From assembly GCA_030264375.1 (NCBI GenBank), contig JASCQW010000132.1, forward strand, positions 92,556,898 through 92,620,897: a stretch of DNA of 64,000 bases, read 5' to 3'. A model generated the notes under the pieces. It saw only the letters and a list, made by a program, of their open reading frames with translations, searched no databases and was not told where the DNA came from. This DNA comes from Carcharhinus longimanus. Taxonomy: Eukaryota. A program made the position numbers and the translations under genes. Positions 12,619 to 24,200 of this stretch are shown piece by piece (the stretch's first letter is position 1; each line of letters opens with the position of its first letter).

Positions 12619-13249
12619 ACATGAAAACTACCTTTTCTTAATCCACCGCAACTCAGTGTGGACAGTAATTCAGTAATACTGTACTAGTTTAATATTTACT
12701 TGTTTTACATGCAGCAAACCAAGCTGTCTATATACTTGAATCCTTGTGTCCATTGTTGTGATTATCTCTGTGACTGGGCCTTTGTGCTTGGGCGGTGTCC
12801 GAGTAAAGATCGTGTAAACAAACAAAAGAAAAATCTCAATTTAACTCAGGATGTTTAATATAAAGTTAACAGGCTGTGTAGTGCATATGAAATGTTATTT
12901 TCGTGGTGAACTTGGAACATATACTGTATTATTTTCACTGTGAATGAACCTGTAGAAACTCCAGGCTTTATGCTGTCCTTTGTGAGACTGAGTAACGGCC
13001 TTGCCCGGGGTGCATGACGATTGTGTTGTTCTTCAGAAATTATATGAAACTGATTTGCATAGAATGCTAATATAAGTTGTATTTCAAAGAGCAGCGCTGA
13101 GCATGCTGCTACACGATACTCTTGTCTGTTGTGGAAAATAAAAGCACGAATAAAGTTCTCAGACACTTTGTATTTATCGGTGTTGTGGTGCAAAGAAAAG
13201 TGTAAAATTTGGTTTAAAACTACCTATATGTATAACTAGTAACTACCTA
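12619..13249 (+). promoter_or_regulatory. miR-196 target sites in the HoxA9 3' UTR
   Basis: ACTACCT at 12627 (in the context ACATGAAAACTACCT); 8-mer ACTACCTA at 13219 and 13242. Confidence 0.75.
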
Positions 13250-15318
13250 TGTTTTGTGTGTAACTGTCACCCTTAAAAATTGTTTTGACGCATTTATGCG
13301 ATGGAATAAACAAACAATATTGTCAATAAATGTAATGTGTACAAGGAAAAAATCTGGGTGCAATAGAAAGAACATATACCACTAATGTGTTTTAAATGGG
13401 AGTTATCTTTAGACCTGTAGAGCTAACACATTTACACTTGTGTACACGTTTGAAATGATTACCTCGTGTCATATTGACCAAACTATACTGTTTGTAATGA
13501 AATGTCATTTTATTTGTTGTCTAATAAAATATATGTTTGACTACATATAAAATATGCTCTCTGTCTCTGAATCTCAATGTCTGGAACTCCACGATTACAT
13601 TCGTATTTCACCATCACTGTTAGATATTCTAAATTCACTCGTACTGAGCGGAAATATATTCACAATATAAGCAAGCTCCGCTTATCGCATTTTAAATACT
13701 ATACACGAATTAACTTTCTGGCGAACAGCAGAGTTAATGAAATAAAGTTTGTTATATTCATGTAAATAATCCTATGTCTTTGCTCACATTAACAGAATGT
13801 CGCCAATATCAACCCCAACCAATTTGCAACATTTTGCCGATTTTGCTGAAAATCCACTTTTGGATTTTACCCCAAGTTCTGACATTGAAAACACAGCTCA
13901 AAGTTTAGATATTCCTTAATAAATAAAGTTTGGATTTTCCTTAATAAATACAGCAACGAATGTTATCACCACAGCTGACGTGACATGACTTAACAGGGGT
14001 AACTAAAATTAGAATGAGATTGGGGTTTCTGAAAAAAGGGGAAGAAAATAGAAAGTGCGATCGTACACCGTTGGCTGGGAAGCGGATCTGATGACAAAGA
14101 TCCTGCATGCGTTTGAGCTTAACGCCCAGTTATCACCAATTAACCCGAGAACGTGCAAAAAAAACTGTGCATTAACAACTTTTATCTGTGGTCTGGCCAT
14201 GCGCCAAGGCCGTTGGTTATTTATATGATTTGTTATGTGCGACTTATCCAAGTAATGCAGCATTCAGCTGGAAGTGGAAATGAATAATCTTGAGGGTCTT
14301 GCCCGTGTGAAGATCTCCAAATGTTTTGGGATTTCATCGCATTATAAAGAGGTAAATAATTCGAAACATTCGCAATGGCACAGCTCCCTGCCGCCATTTC
14401 TTTAACTAGTCAACACAAAGGGGTCGGATCCTTAGGAAGTAATGTATATTAGTCTAAGGCGCCCTACCGCTCGCAAAAAGTTGTGTACGACTTGGCTATT
14501 TATGCAACTTCCTTTCCAACTGTAAGATCCCTAGTAACTTTTTTAAGGCTCCGAAGACAGTTTGGATAGATTTAGTGGAATGCAACTGATTTGGAAACTG
14601 GGCAGAGAGGCCCATGTAGTTTGAAGTCTTGGCAGTGGCTGTCGTTAGTAAAATCCAGAGTGGTGTACCGCAATAAAAGAAAATGACTGCTGTAAGCGTT
14701 TATGGGGTGTAAAACGCTGGAGGTTAAGGGGCGAAGTGCATAAACACGACACTGAGTATTCTTCAGTATCTGGCAGCAAACACTCGCATAGGGTTGCAGT
14801 CATTATTTTTTATTATTAGGCTATGAAACAGTTGTTAAATTGAACTTCTATTTTTAATTTTTTAGTGTTCAGTCTGAAAGGTTATAATGTTGTGACGCCC
14901 TCTGTTGTTGCAGATGGAACTTCAAAGGCTAAACAGGGAGACTTGCAATAAAATGAAGGGTCTGGCAAGCCGTCTGGAATTCGGGTTTTAATGAGTTTAC
15001 AACTGTCCAGCTACAATCAGTATTTTTCCAGAGAAGGCGATCCATTTGTTTTGTCTGGCTGCCTAGACAAAAGGGTCTGCGGAAATAACGACCTTTATTA
15101 GTCTCGTCCTTAACGTGGGCCCTTCAAATATCTCTTTACTAATTTATTGCGTCTAGTGGAAAGGTAACAGATCTTTAGTTATTTTGAAACGTGGTTTGGC
15201 GCACTTTGAAATTAAGCTTGATAGTCATAAGAAAAAAAAAGTGTCAAAATAGATATAGGTATCAGTTTCCGGACAGTTAGAAAAAAGGTTTTTGTGCATT
15301 CTGACAGCGATTTCTTAG

Positions 15319-15353
15319 TTGCAGTTTTCATTCATGGTCAGGAGATGGCAGTG
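15319..15353 (+). promoter_or_regulatory. Candidate CTCF site between HoxA9 and HoxA7 (A7|9-type boundary)
   Basis: TGGTCAGGAGATGGCAGTG is close to the CCASYAGRKGGCRS core and is preceded by a TGCAGT upstream-module-like motif. Position matches the known mammalian 7|9 boundary. Confidence 0.6.
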
Positions 15354-18300
15354 TTGAACCACAGAAGAATTCAAAAAGAGTGCCGCCAAGCTGCCAAAAA
15401 GTGCAATAACTGCTATAAACTGGGATTTATTTGTACAGTAGGTTGTAAATAGGCTGAAAACACCTACCACAAATGACACTTATAAAAATGGACTGAGGTC
15501 GATGGAGTTTATTTATTTTGAATCCATCAACTCATTTGTGGACAGATTAATTCCGCTTGACACGGGGTTTAGAAATCCATTTATACTCCTGTGTTTTATT
15601 TTCAATGTACAAAACACGATTTAAATTGATTATCTCCATCTTCGTTCCCCATTCCACTCAATTGTTTGCAACAGGGATAGAGATTAGAAGTTGAGTATGT
15701 GAAAGAGAAGTGTCGTGAGCTATTTTATATCTATCCGCACGTAAAACAGCATTTAACATATACAACTACGTACATGAACACACATCCATCCATCCATATA
15801 TATATACAGGCATACATGTGCAATCGTACACCTAAATCTATTTGCCCGCACTCTTGTTATCCTGAAATTCCCGTTGGAGACCTGTATGAGTCAAATGTTA
15901 AATGTGGCATATCTTGAAGTAGAAACATAATTTTACATTATGAATTTTTCTGTATATTTTTGATTAGGCTTCATACTGGTGTAATTTATAAAAAATAAAT
16001 CTATTGATGGAGTAAGTAGCGTTATGAATGACATGTAGTGAAATACTCGTTTGATGAAAAGTTCTGAATAGTAACTTTTAGAAATTTCATCAAGTCGTTA
16101 ATAACTTAGGCACAGTTGTAATGTAACTAAAGAGGTCAGTTTGAAGGATGCTTGTTTATTTTTGTTAAACCATGCTCACATTATCTTTTCACATTGAATC
16201 AAACTACGGCACACATACTGAACTGTACACATCTTTCAATGGGAACATCCTGTAAAAGTGGCCCCATATTGGGCTTGGCATGAATGAAAGCGTCGGTCAA
16301 ATCCAAAGAATGTTTTGCTTGGTTGAGTGCCTCCTGATTTATTTATATAAAATCAGCTAACGCTTTCTCATACATGCAAAGTCCAAACCGCGTTGCAGCT
16401 TTTTAAAAATTGCATAATAGTGTATACCTTCTGAAACGAAAACAGGTGGGTCCTTCGCGTTATTATAACGTGGCGTATTGGAGTTAGATCATTCATGCAC
16501 TTGCCATCTTGTGAATGATAACGATAAATTTCGTGATATATGATACAAAACAATGATACACGGATTCATTAGTCTACATAACCAAACTTCAGTGCAATGT
16601 GCACAATTTTATTTCCAATGCAGCTCTGCATATACAAAATTAGTATATTTCTTGTCACAGTATAGAATTAAGCCCGAATTTAGCTAGAGCCTAAGAAGAT
16701 TCTATTTCCTGCATAGAAGGAATCGGGAGCATTTACAGCCAGATAATAGATTCGGAACCAAAGCAAATGACGTGTAACGAAATCGAGATATATGTATTTG
16801 AAAGTATGCTGACAGGAATGATGTAGATTATTATGCAGTGGCAATTCAAATATGTGCTCGCTGAGCACTGTGTTATTTTCTCGATTGAAATGTAGGAATC
16901 CCGACTGCAAATTAAGATTATCTTTTACTACGCCACATAATTTTAATGGTTCACATGTGTTCGTAAGCAATTTAAAATAACAATACAGCAATCTGCTCTA
17001 AATACATAGTAAAAAAAAATACAGCAGCATCCAGAAATACAGAAGAGGCTCAGATTTCTGAACTTTAGGAAACTGTCATTATAATTTAAATTTCTGCAAA
17101 CATAATGCTGTAAGACAACTGGTGTTATTTGTAATCTTTCTATCTATCTATCTCTCTATGATTCTATGCTTTTTGATAATTGCATATTCACCAGATTAAT
17201 TTTCTTTCTTTTAATGCTCTTCCAGTAAACATAGTTTGAAACGGCACTGTTTATAAATAGTTTACTGTCCAACTATATGATTCAATTGTTTTGTTACAAA
17301 AATATGCGGCAAGATTTGAAGTTCGAACCATAATTATTTACTAATGCATGCTAAAATGTTTTCCGTTTACTTAGGTTTCTGTACTTTCTCCAGCCAAGCT
17401 GGTAATGCAGTGCTGTCTGCACATTCGTCTTCTGTAATAAAAGTAAATAAACATTTGGGGTTGTTTCTTAATAAACCTTGTGCATTAGTGTAGGCGCTTG
17501 GTTGATAAATTCTTATCTAATGTAACAATGGAACACACGAATAATTGAAATGATCAATATGCAGTTATAATATATATTTTATTTATATACGTGTGAAACT
17601 GGGANNNNNNNNNNNNNNNNNNNNNNNNNNNNNNNNNNNNNNNNNNNNNNNNNNNNNNNNNNNNNNNNNNNNNNNNNNNNNNNNNNNNNNNNNNNNNNNN
17701 NNNNCTGGGACCGTGCAGTCGCAATGCCCCTGACAAACAGTGCGAAGAGCCTTAAGGCCACGAGAAATGGTGAAGTAAAGAACAAGTTAAAACTAAAAAA
17801 AATCAATTTCCTCAGACATCTATTTCAAATATTAGGAGAATGAAATTTTACATGTCCGGCGGAAATCGGAGATCAAACATTTGACTTAAATTAGCAGTTA
17901 AGTTAGCATTATTGAATTAGAAAAATATGAGTGCAACTCTGACTTTACTGGTAACCCGTTCAATTATATTGCATTTTCATCCACTCTTCACATCCTTCCA
18001 TTTTGAATGGCTATTCTATTCCATGCAATCAAAGAGCAGTCCAGAGCGGTAATCCATTTTTAGCGAGGAATCTTTAATCCTGGAAAATATGTTTTTTTTA
18101 TTTGCATGTTCACATCTATTTACTATGTATGTATATACTCGTTTCCTCTGATGGGCAAAGCAACACGCTATTGATTTTACTGATTTAAACTTTACTTAAA
18201 CTCTCAACACTTTTATGCCGGTTCGGTCTGGCAAAATCTTTGATACCTCAGCTTTCCGGATGCATTTTGATGTTGAAAAAGTTTAGGATTCGGCTTAAAC

Positions 18301-19674
18301 ACTCCGTGGAATGTCCATATTAGCGTATAGTTCCGTTTTTAGAAATGTGGGGGACACGTGGATAATGTGGACAGTTTAGTAGGTTTAGATCCAAGATTGC
18401 TCTTTAACGGGCAAGGGGCGAATGTAGTGCAATAACGGCCTGATAACCACCCCCGTTGGCGTAAAGTCTATCTGCTTAGCACAAGGATTGTGACATACCA
18501 AAGGAGACGCTAGAGATCAAAAGAAAATAACATTTCCCAATATTGGGGAAAATGGCAGGATCCCAGGCGGAAATGCAGAAAGACGTTTTGTTGCCACAAG
18601 CCTTTAATTTCGAAGTACCAGGTGCATCGTTTGTAAGACTGCGTATCTATTGTAAACAGTGGGATTGCATTCGTCCGTTTAACACCGACAAATATGCCTG
18701 TTAACGTTGCACTTAGAACACCGTTCCGCTGGAAAGCAACCAAAAACCTAAATAGAGCAACTGGACAATATGCGAGGAAATTGTGGATAACAGCTTCGGA
18801 GACAAGTTGTGTGACCTAACGAGAGGACAGGGAGAGACAGAGAGAGAGAAAAAAGTTGTAAAACAGAAGGAGGAAATGATACTGGGGTAAATCCCCTGCG
18901 GGGTTTTAATCAGATTACCTAGCAACTCGAAAAGGTTCACGCAGAATAGTTGTTGGACTGAAATCCGTCTGAGGAAATGTGGAAGTTTTCAAAGTGAAAT
19001 GGTGCATTGCAGAAAATCAACACAGAAACATGCTTGGATGTTCAAAAAAAAATCCGGGAGTTGATAACAGAAGCTCCACAGCCATCCTGAGCGATGCTGC
19101 TGCAGCCTGTTTATTGTATCTATACTCTTCACTGAAACCGCACAGATTATTCTATAATCTAGAGGTCAAATGTGTATTGACCATTAATTCACCAGGGCTC
19201 CAGTTTCTCTGGTGTCGTTCAGCAGCAACTGTACAGGGGAGGGGGGCGGGGGTGGGGGGAAGAAACAATGGGAGTGATCATTTCTTTTAAATGAAACGGT
19301 TTAATCTTTCCCGTTTTAGAGCAAAATGTAGAATGATCCTTAATCTTAGTCCAATGTAACTATTCAAGAAATAGTTGCTAAATGCTAAATGAAGGCAAAT
19401 GTCTCCTTTATTATGTCCGTGTCAACGTTTCATTACACTTCCAAATTCATCACACATCTTATTTTCAAAAATGTTGAATACATACCTGCGTTCCTACAAC
19501 CTTCCAATGCATGTGGGACATTGGCTTGCAAAGTAATATTGAGAAGATACTTAACTTTTAAGGTTACACAACCTTTTCCATATTAATAAGACGGCAAGAG
19601 ATTATGTATGACTTTTGCACAATATATTTTTGAAAATAGTCGGATAACATGCTATTTACCACCTGTGATGTGGA

Positions 19675-19843
19675 ATGCGATTGGGCGACTGGATCACATG
19701 GTCAGGTCACGTGAAAAGGAATAAGTCGGGCCGAAGGAAAATGGGTGTTTGGTGTAAATCGGGGGTGTAATGCTGCCATATATCACGCTATCTCGTAAAA
19801 CCGACACTGAAGAGCCTTGGCCAACAAATCACCAGACAAAATT
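19675..19843 (+). promoter_or_regulatory. HoxA7 promoter / conserved leader
   Basis: ATTGG 19680, CACATG 19695, CACGTG 19708, then CTCGTAAAACCGACACTGAA and ACAAATCAC..AAAATTATG. Confidence 0.8.
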
Positions 19844-20237
19844 ATGAGTTCGTCGTATTATGTGAATGCTCTTTTTCCCAAATATACGGCGGGGACATCC
19901 GTTTTCCAGAACGCGAGTGGCTTTACAGAAGCAACTTCTTGCGCTTTTGCTACCAACTCACAAAGATCCGGCTATGGAGCGGGCGCCAGCGCCTTCCCAG
20001 CCCCGATGGCCGGGCTGTACAATGTTAACAGTGCAATCTATCACGGTCCTTCCATGTACAACACAGGTTATAATCTAAATTCAGATTCCTACAACCTGCG
20101 CTGCTCTGCCTTAGACCAGAACATTCCAGTTCTTTGCAGCGATCTCAGCAAACAGGGTTGCGAAAAATTGGATCAGACAAACGTGCACCCTCAAGCAGAG
20201 AGCAATTTCCGGATTTACCCCTGGATGAGGAATGCAG
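19844..20237 (+). CDS. hoxa7: HoxA7 exon 1
   Basis: MSSSYYVNALFPKYTAG...NFRIYPWMR hexapeptide; donor G|GTATGG at 20237/20238. Confidence 0.96.
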
Positions 20238-20384
20238 GTATGGGACATAAATGTAACATAGCTACGAGAAACGTGCGAATGACCAGTTAAAATGAGCGCC
20301 ACTACATCCTGAAGGTAGTTAAGAGTTTTAATGATATCTGAGGAGCAGTTCCTCAAACGCATGTAGTATTGTATGCAGATAGCA

Positions 20385-20432
20385 ATCATAAAACTTTTAT
20401 TGCACAATTAATCAGTACAATCCTCGTAAAAG
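20385..20432 (+). promoter_or_regulatory. HB1-type homeodomain-binding element in the HoxA7 intron
   Basis: CATAAAACTTTTATTGCACAATTAATCAGTACAATCCTCGTAAAA: clustered TTTAT/TAAT/TCGTAAA sites at the position of the known Hoxa7 intronic HB1 element. Confidence 0.65.
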
Positions 20433-21150
20433 CACTCGACTTCCGCTCCTTTATAGTTAACAGCAACTCACATATTGCTTGTTTACTCACTTTTATCAAC
20501 ACCAAATAAGAACTATTTTTAACTGTTAAGCGGGAAAACTGTATATTCTCGAGTAAATGCAGAATGCTATGTTCCAGTTCGAAAGTAGCTTTTACACATT
20601 AGGCCAGGCCCGTGGAATTGAAGGTTTTTTTTTGCACCCCATGAGAGCTCTTTGGGCCCTTGTAAAGCTTCCCGCCCCCCCCCCCCCGCCCCCTCTGTGG
20701 ATGTAAGTTCGTGTTTAAAACGGGCCACTTTAGGGCGGTAATATATGAGTTCTGACCATCAGAATGAACCTGGCGGGTTCATTTGCTGGCATTCGAATCT
20801 GACACATTTGGGGTTGAAAGGACTTGCACGCAGGCTTAAGGTTTTAGTTACCTGTCATTTCCGTGTCTGAAATGTTAACATCGGTGCTCTTTATCTTGGA
20901 TGAAATAACAGTTTCGGAGTACCCATATGGATGTAAGTAAAGAGTTGAGAGCACAGAGTGACTTTCACTGAAACTTGGGATAGATCCTTGATTTTTAAAT
21001 GCTTTGTCAGAGGACCGCAGCGAGATTCCAAAATGTCCATTCGCACCTTAAAGAAGACCATTGGCATCTGAATATTTTGTTCAGCCACAGACATTCCAAT
21101 GAGTTATGAAAGCGTATAGGTAGGCGAAGAGGTAAAAAGGACATGAATAG

Positions 21151-21468
<318 letters not shown>

Positions 21469-21591
21469 ACCTCCCCCAATGAATGCTGAACTGTGCGAAG
21501 AAAGTTGTTCTTCAGCCGCTAATCATGACATTTGACGAGCAAACTACAATATTGGACTATTTCAGAAATACTGTGCATTAGCACTTATAAT

Positions 21592-22580
21592 ACTACCTAT
21601 GCGTTTTAATAATCTCTGTCGAAATCATGTCTTTAGAATATAAAGTTCGCTGGTTTTGGGTGTCAGTCCAAAAGTGTAGAATTCAGAATGTTTATCTGTA
21701 TTAGGTAGGAATATAAGAATTAAGTTCCGAATCCGTACTTGAAGTAATTAAGGGGAAACGGAAGCATTTAGAACATATGTCCGCAGGTGTTGTATGAAAA
21801 CAATAAAAATCGGAATGCTTGTTTTCTCAAGTTTAATTGAGAATCTCTCCCCACAATAATGAGATGAAAGTGAATGAAATTCGAAACCTTTATTCGCCGT
21901 CATTAAAATGAAGGGGATTGGATTCGGAATCTGGATTCTCCAGTAGTACAACCAGCGGAACAATGATAGCCCATAGAGCAGACTGTAACCATCCTTCTAA
22001 TCTAAAATTCCATATGCCACTGTTTTGTTCTAAAATAGATCTGATGCACTGAGCTATTTCTCAGACTTATTTTACCTCTGCGATCATGTCTTCTTTATAC
22101 ATTTTACAGTATTCCTGCTTACTATTCACGAAATAAAAACATACCGTGATAACTGATTCTCTAGTCCAATCAGAGATCAAATACTTGAGCCATTCTAGCC
22201 CATGTAGCAAGAGCTGACGGAAAACTCACTTGTCGAGTAAAATAGTTTATTTGTGTTCAATTTTTTAAAAAACATTTCCTGCATTTGTTCTTAAGTACCA
22301 ATAGCAGAATGAAGAAGATTTCTCTTTGCATATAGCAATGGAATGTAAACTACCTAAACCACAATTGTGGACACCTTGCACGTCTATGGAAACTACCTAT
22401 ATGTTTTAATTTAACATTCGTTTCGAGACACATAGTGTTGTTATGGGAGTCTTGACTTCTCGCACTTCTTCAAACAGTGCCCATAATATGAGAGTAAAAA
22501 TGTGAAATATATTCTGGTGTTTTTTTTTAATGAGGTGCGTGTATAGCCACTTTATAACACTAAATAGTGATAACTACCTA
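21592..22580 (+). promoter_or_regulatory. Four 8-mer miR-196 target sites in the HoxA7 3' UTR
   Basis: ACTACCTA at 21592, 22349, 22392 and 22573. HoxA7 is an established miR-196 target in tetrapods. Confidence 0.85.
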
Positions 22581-24029
22581 GATACCGGTTTACATTTGAC
22601 GCGAATGGAATCGTTCCGTACTGTGCTTAAATACTATACTGTAAAGAAAAACAGAAAAATCGTAATGAGAGGGGGAGGGGATTGCATTATTTCTCCTCGA
22701 TCAATGGCATTAAAATGTATAGATGCTAAAGATTTCACAGAAACCATGTATTATTGAATGATGTAATAGTGTTTCTTTAAGTATGTTGTATCAGTTGTCT
22801 TATACATGTGTACTGTTAACTTATAAAATAAAAAAAATCCAGTAACCAAAAGTAATAATAGAAACGCCGAACTGCATCGTCGACTGGATATTTTGCGGTT
22901 CCATATTCGGTGTGGTATCTTGTCAAGCGAAAGTTTTGCTTTGTAATCTGTGTACGTGTTGTTAAATAATAACCGATGTTAAAGGTTTAAGGTGCAATCT
23001 ATTTAAAATACATATATTCGTTCCAACCATGTGTACTTTGAATGGAGTCTCTGTAGACAAACAAAAATAAGAAACATTAAACGGTGCTTGGAAAACAAGA
23101 GTCTCACTTTCTTGCCTGAGCGGGCGCCACCAAATGAGTGGTTGCAAGATTTGTTATAAAGACAAGAATAACCTAATTAACAGCAGCAATTAAAAAACAT
23201 CCCATTTCGAAAGTAACATAATTATTTACACACCGCAGCCCATTCAGTGCCTTTTAATCTGACTTCAATAAACAAATTGATCCATCATTTTTCTACGCCA
23301 AATGGGCAATTTCTATACTAATTAAATTCGAATATGAGCACATTGATGCCAAGATTGAGCAAATCTTTATTATCATTGGCCAGCATATATATAAATATAT
23401 ATTTTAAAATTGGGCAAAATTCAAAAGCAAAATATTCGAATTGGGACGAAGGTGGGCAAAAAAGTTCCCAGTAAACATTCAGGGTCGGATCGTGACCTAT
23501 TTGAGAGCAGTATAAGGAAATGGAAAAAAAGATAACACAGAGAGCACAGCCTAGTAGAGTGTTCGGTTTAATAAGAAACATAAGATTTGAAACGAGAGAA
23601 AAACGAACCCAGTCGCTCTGCCATCGCAGAGCTTTGAACGAATTTTCGAGTAAGCGCACGTATTAATCGCTCCGTAAGCGGTGCGGCGCTTAAATTTGCA
23701 GTTAGATCACACAAGATGGGCGAACTCATAGCCATTTTACTTGTTACTGTTGCATATCGAAACAAAAAACGAGTAAAGTCGAACAAATATCGATAGAACA
23801 GTTACGGTTATGCCTAAAACAGAATTGGTGCGTTACGACAACAGATTGGCTGGAGGAACAGAAAGATTTCTGTTTTTAAAAAAATCAAATTCCATGATAT
23901 TATCATGATAACGCGACTTCAGAAAAGGGAAAATTATTTTTTTAAACTGTGGAAAAAATCTTTAATAATTTCACAATTTTAACTTTTGTCTTTGTTAAAA
24001 ATGGCGTCTAAGACCTGCCTCCTAATAGT

Positions 24030-24200
24030 CATGGGGAAATGTCATAAATCCGTTGTTGTTTTATGAAAATTTACAACTTTGCAATAGAACTTTACGAGTT
24101 GTTCGGTTTTTCCATTGGCCACTGAAAGTCATGTGGAGTGTAACCGTGAACATGAACTTTTTATAATTTCCCTTGCGACTATAGAGCTGCATTCTTTTGC
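24030..24200 (+). promoter_or_regulatory. Conserved non-coding element between HoxA7 and HoxA6 (likely the H8/7-6 four-cluster sequence; promoter-like)
   Basis: GTCATAAATCCGTTGTTGTTTTATGAAAATTTACAACTTTGCAAT...CCATTGGCC...CATGTG...CCGTGAACATGAACTTTTTATAATTTCCC. Dense Hox/Cdx sites, a CCAAT+E-box pair and a TATA-like motif; resembles the mammalian element from memory. Confidence 0.7.

Noticed and set aside
13400-19600. HoxA8 pseudogene remnant in the A9-A7 spacer
   Set aside because: No homeobox- or hexapeptide-like fragment was seen in the sequence or the ORF track. A sensitive HMM search was not possible.
20763-20783. Small inverted repeat AATGAACC-TGGCG-GGTTCATT in the HoxA7 intron
   Set aside because: An 8-bp stem is expected by chance in 64 kb, and the geometry is not a standard RARE.
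23123-23140. GCGCCACCAAATGAG as an A6|7 CTCF site
   Set aside because: Mismatches at key core positions.
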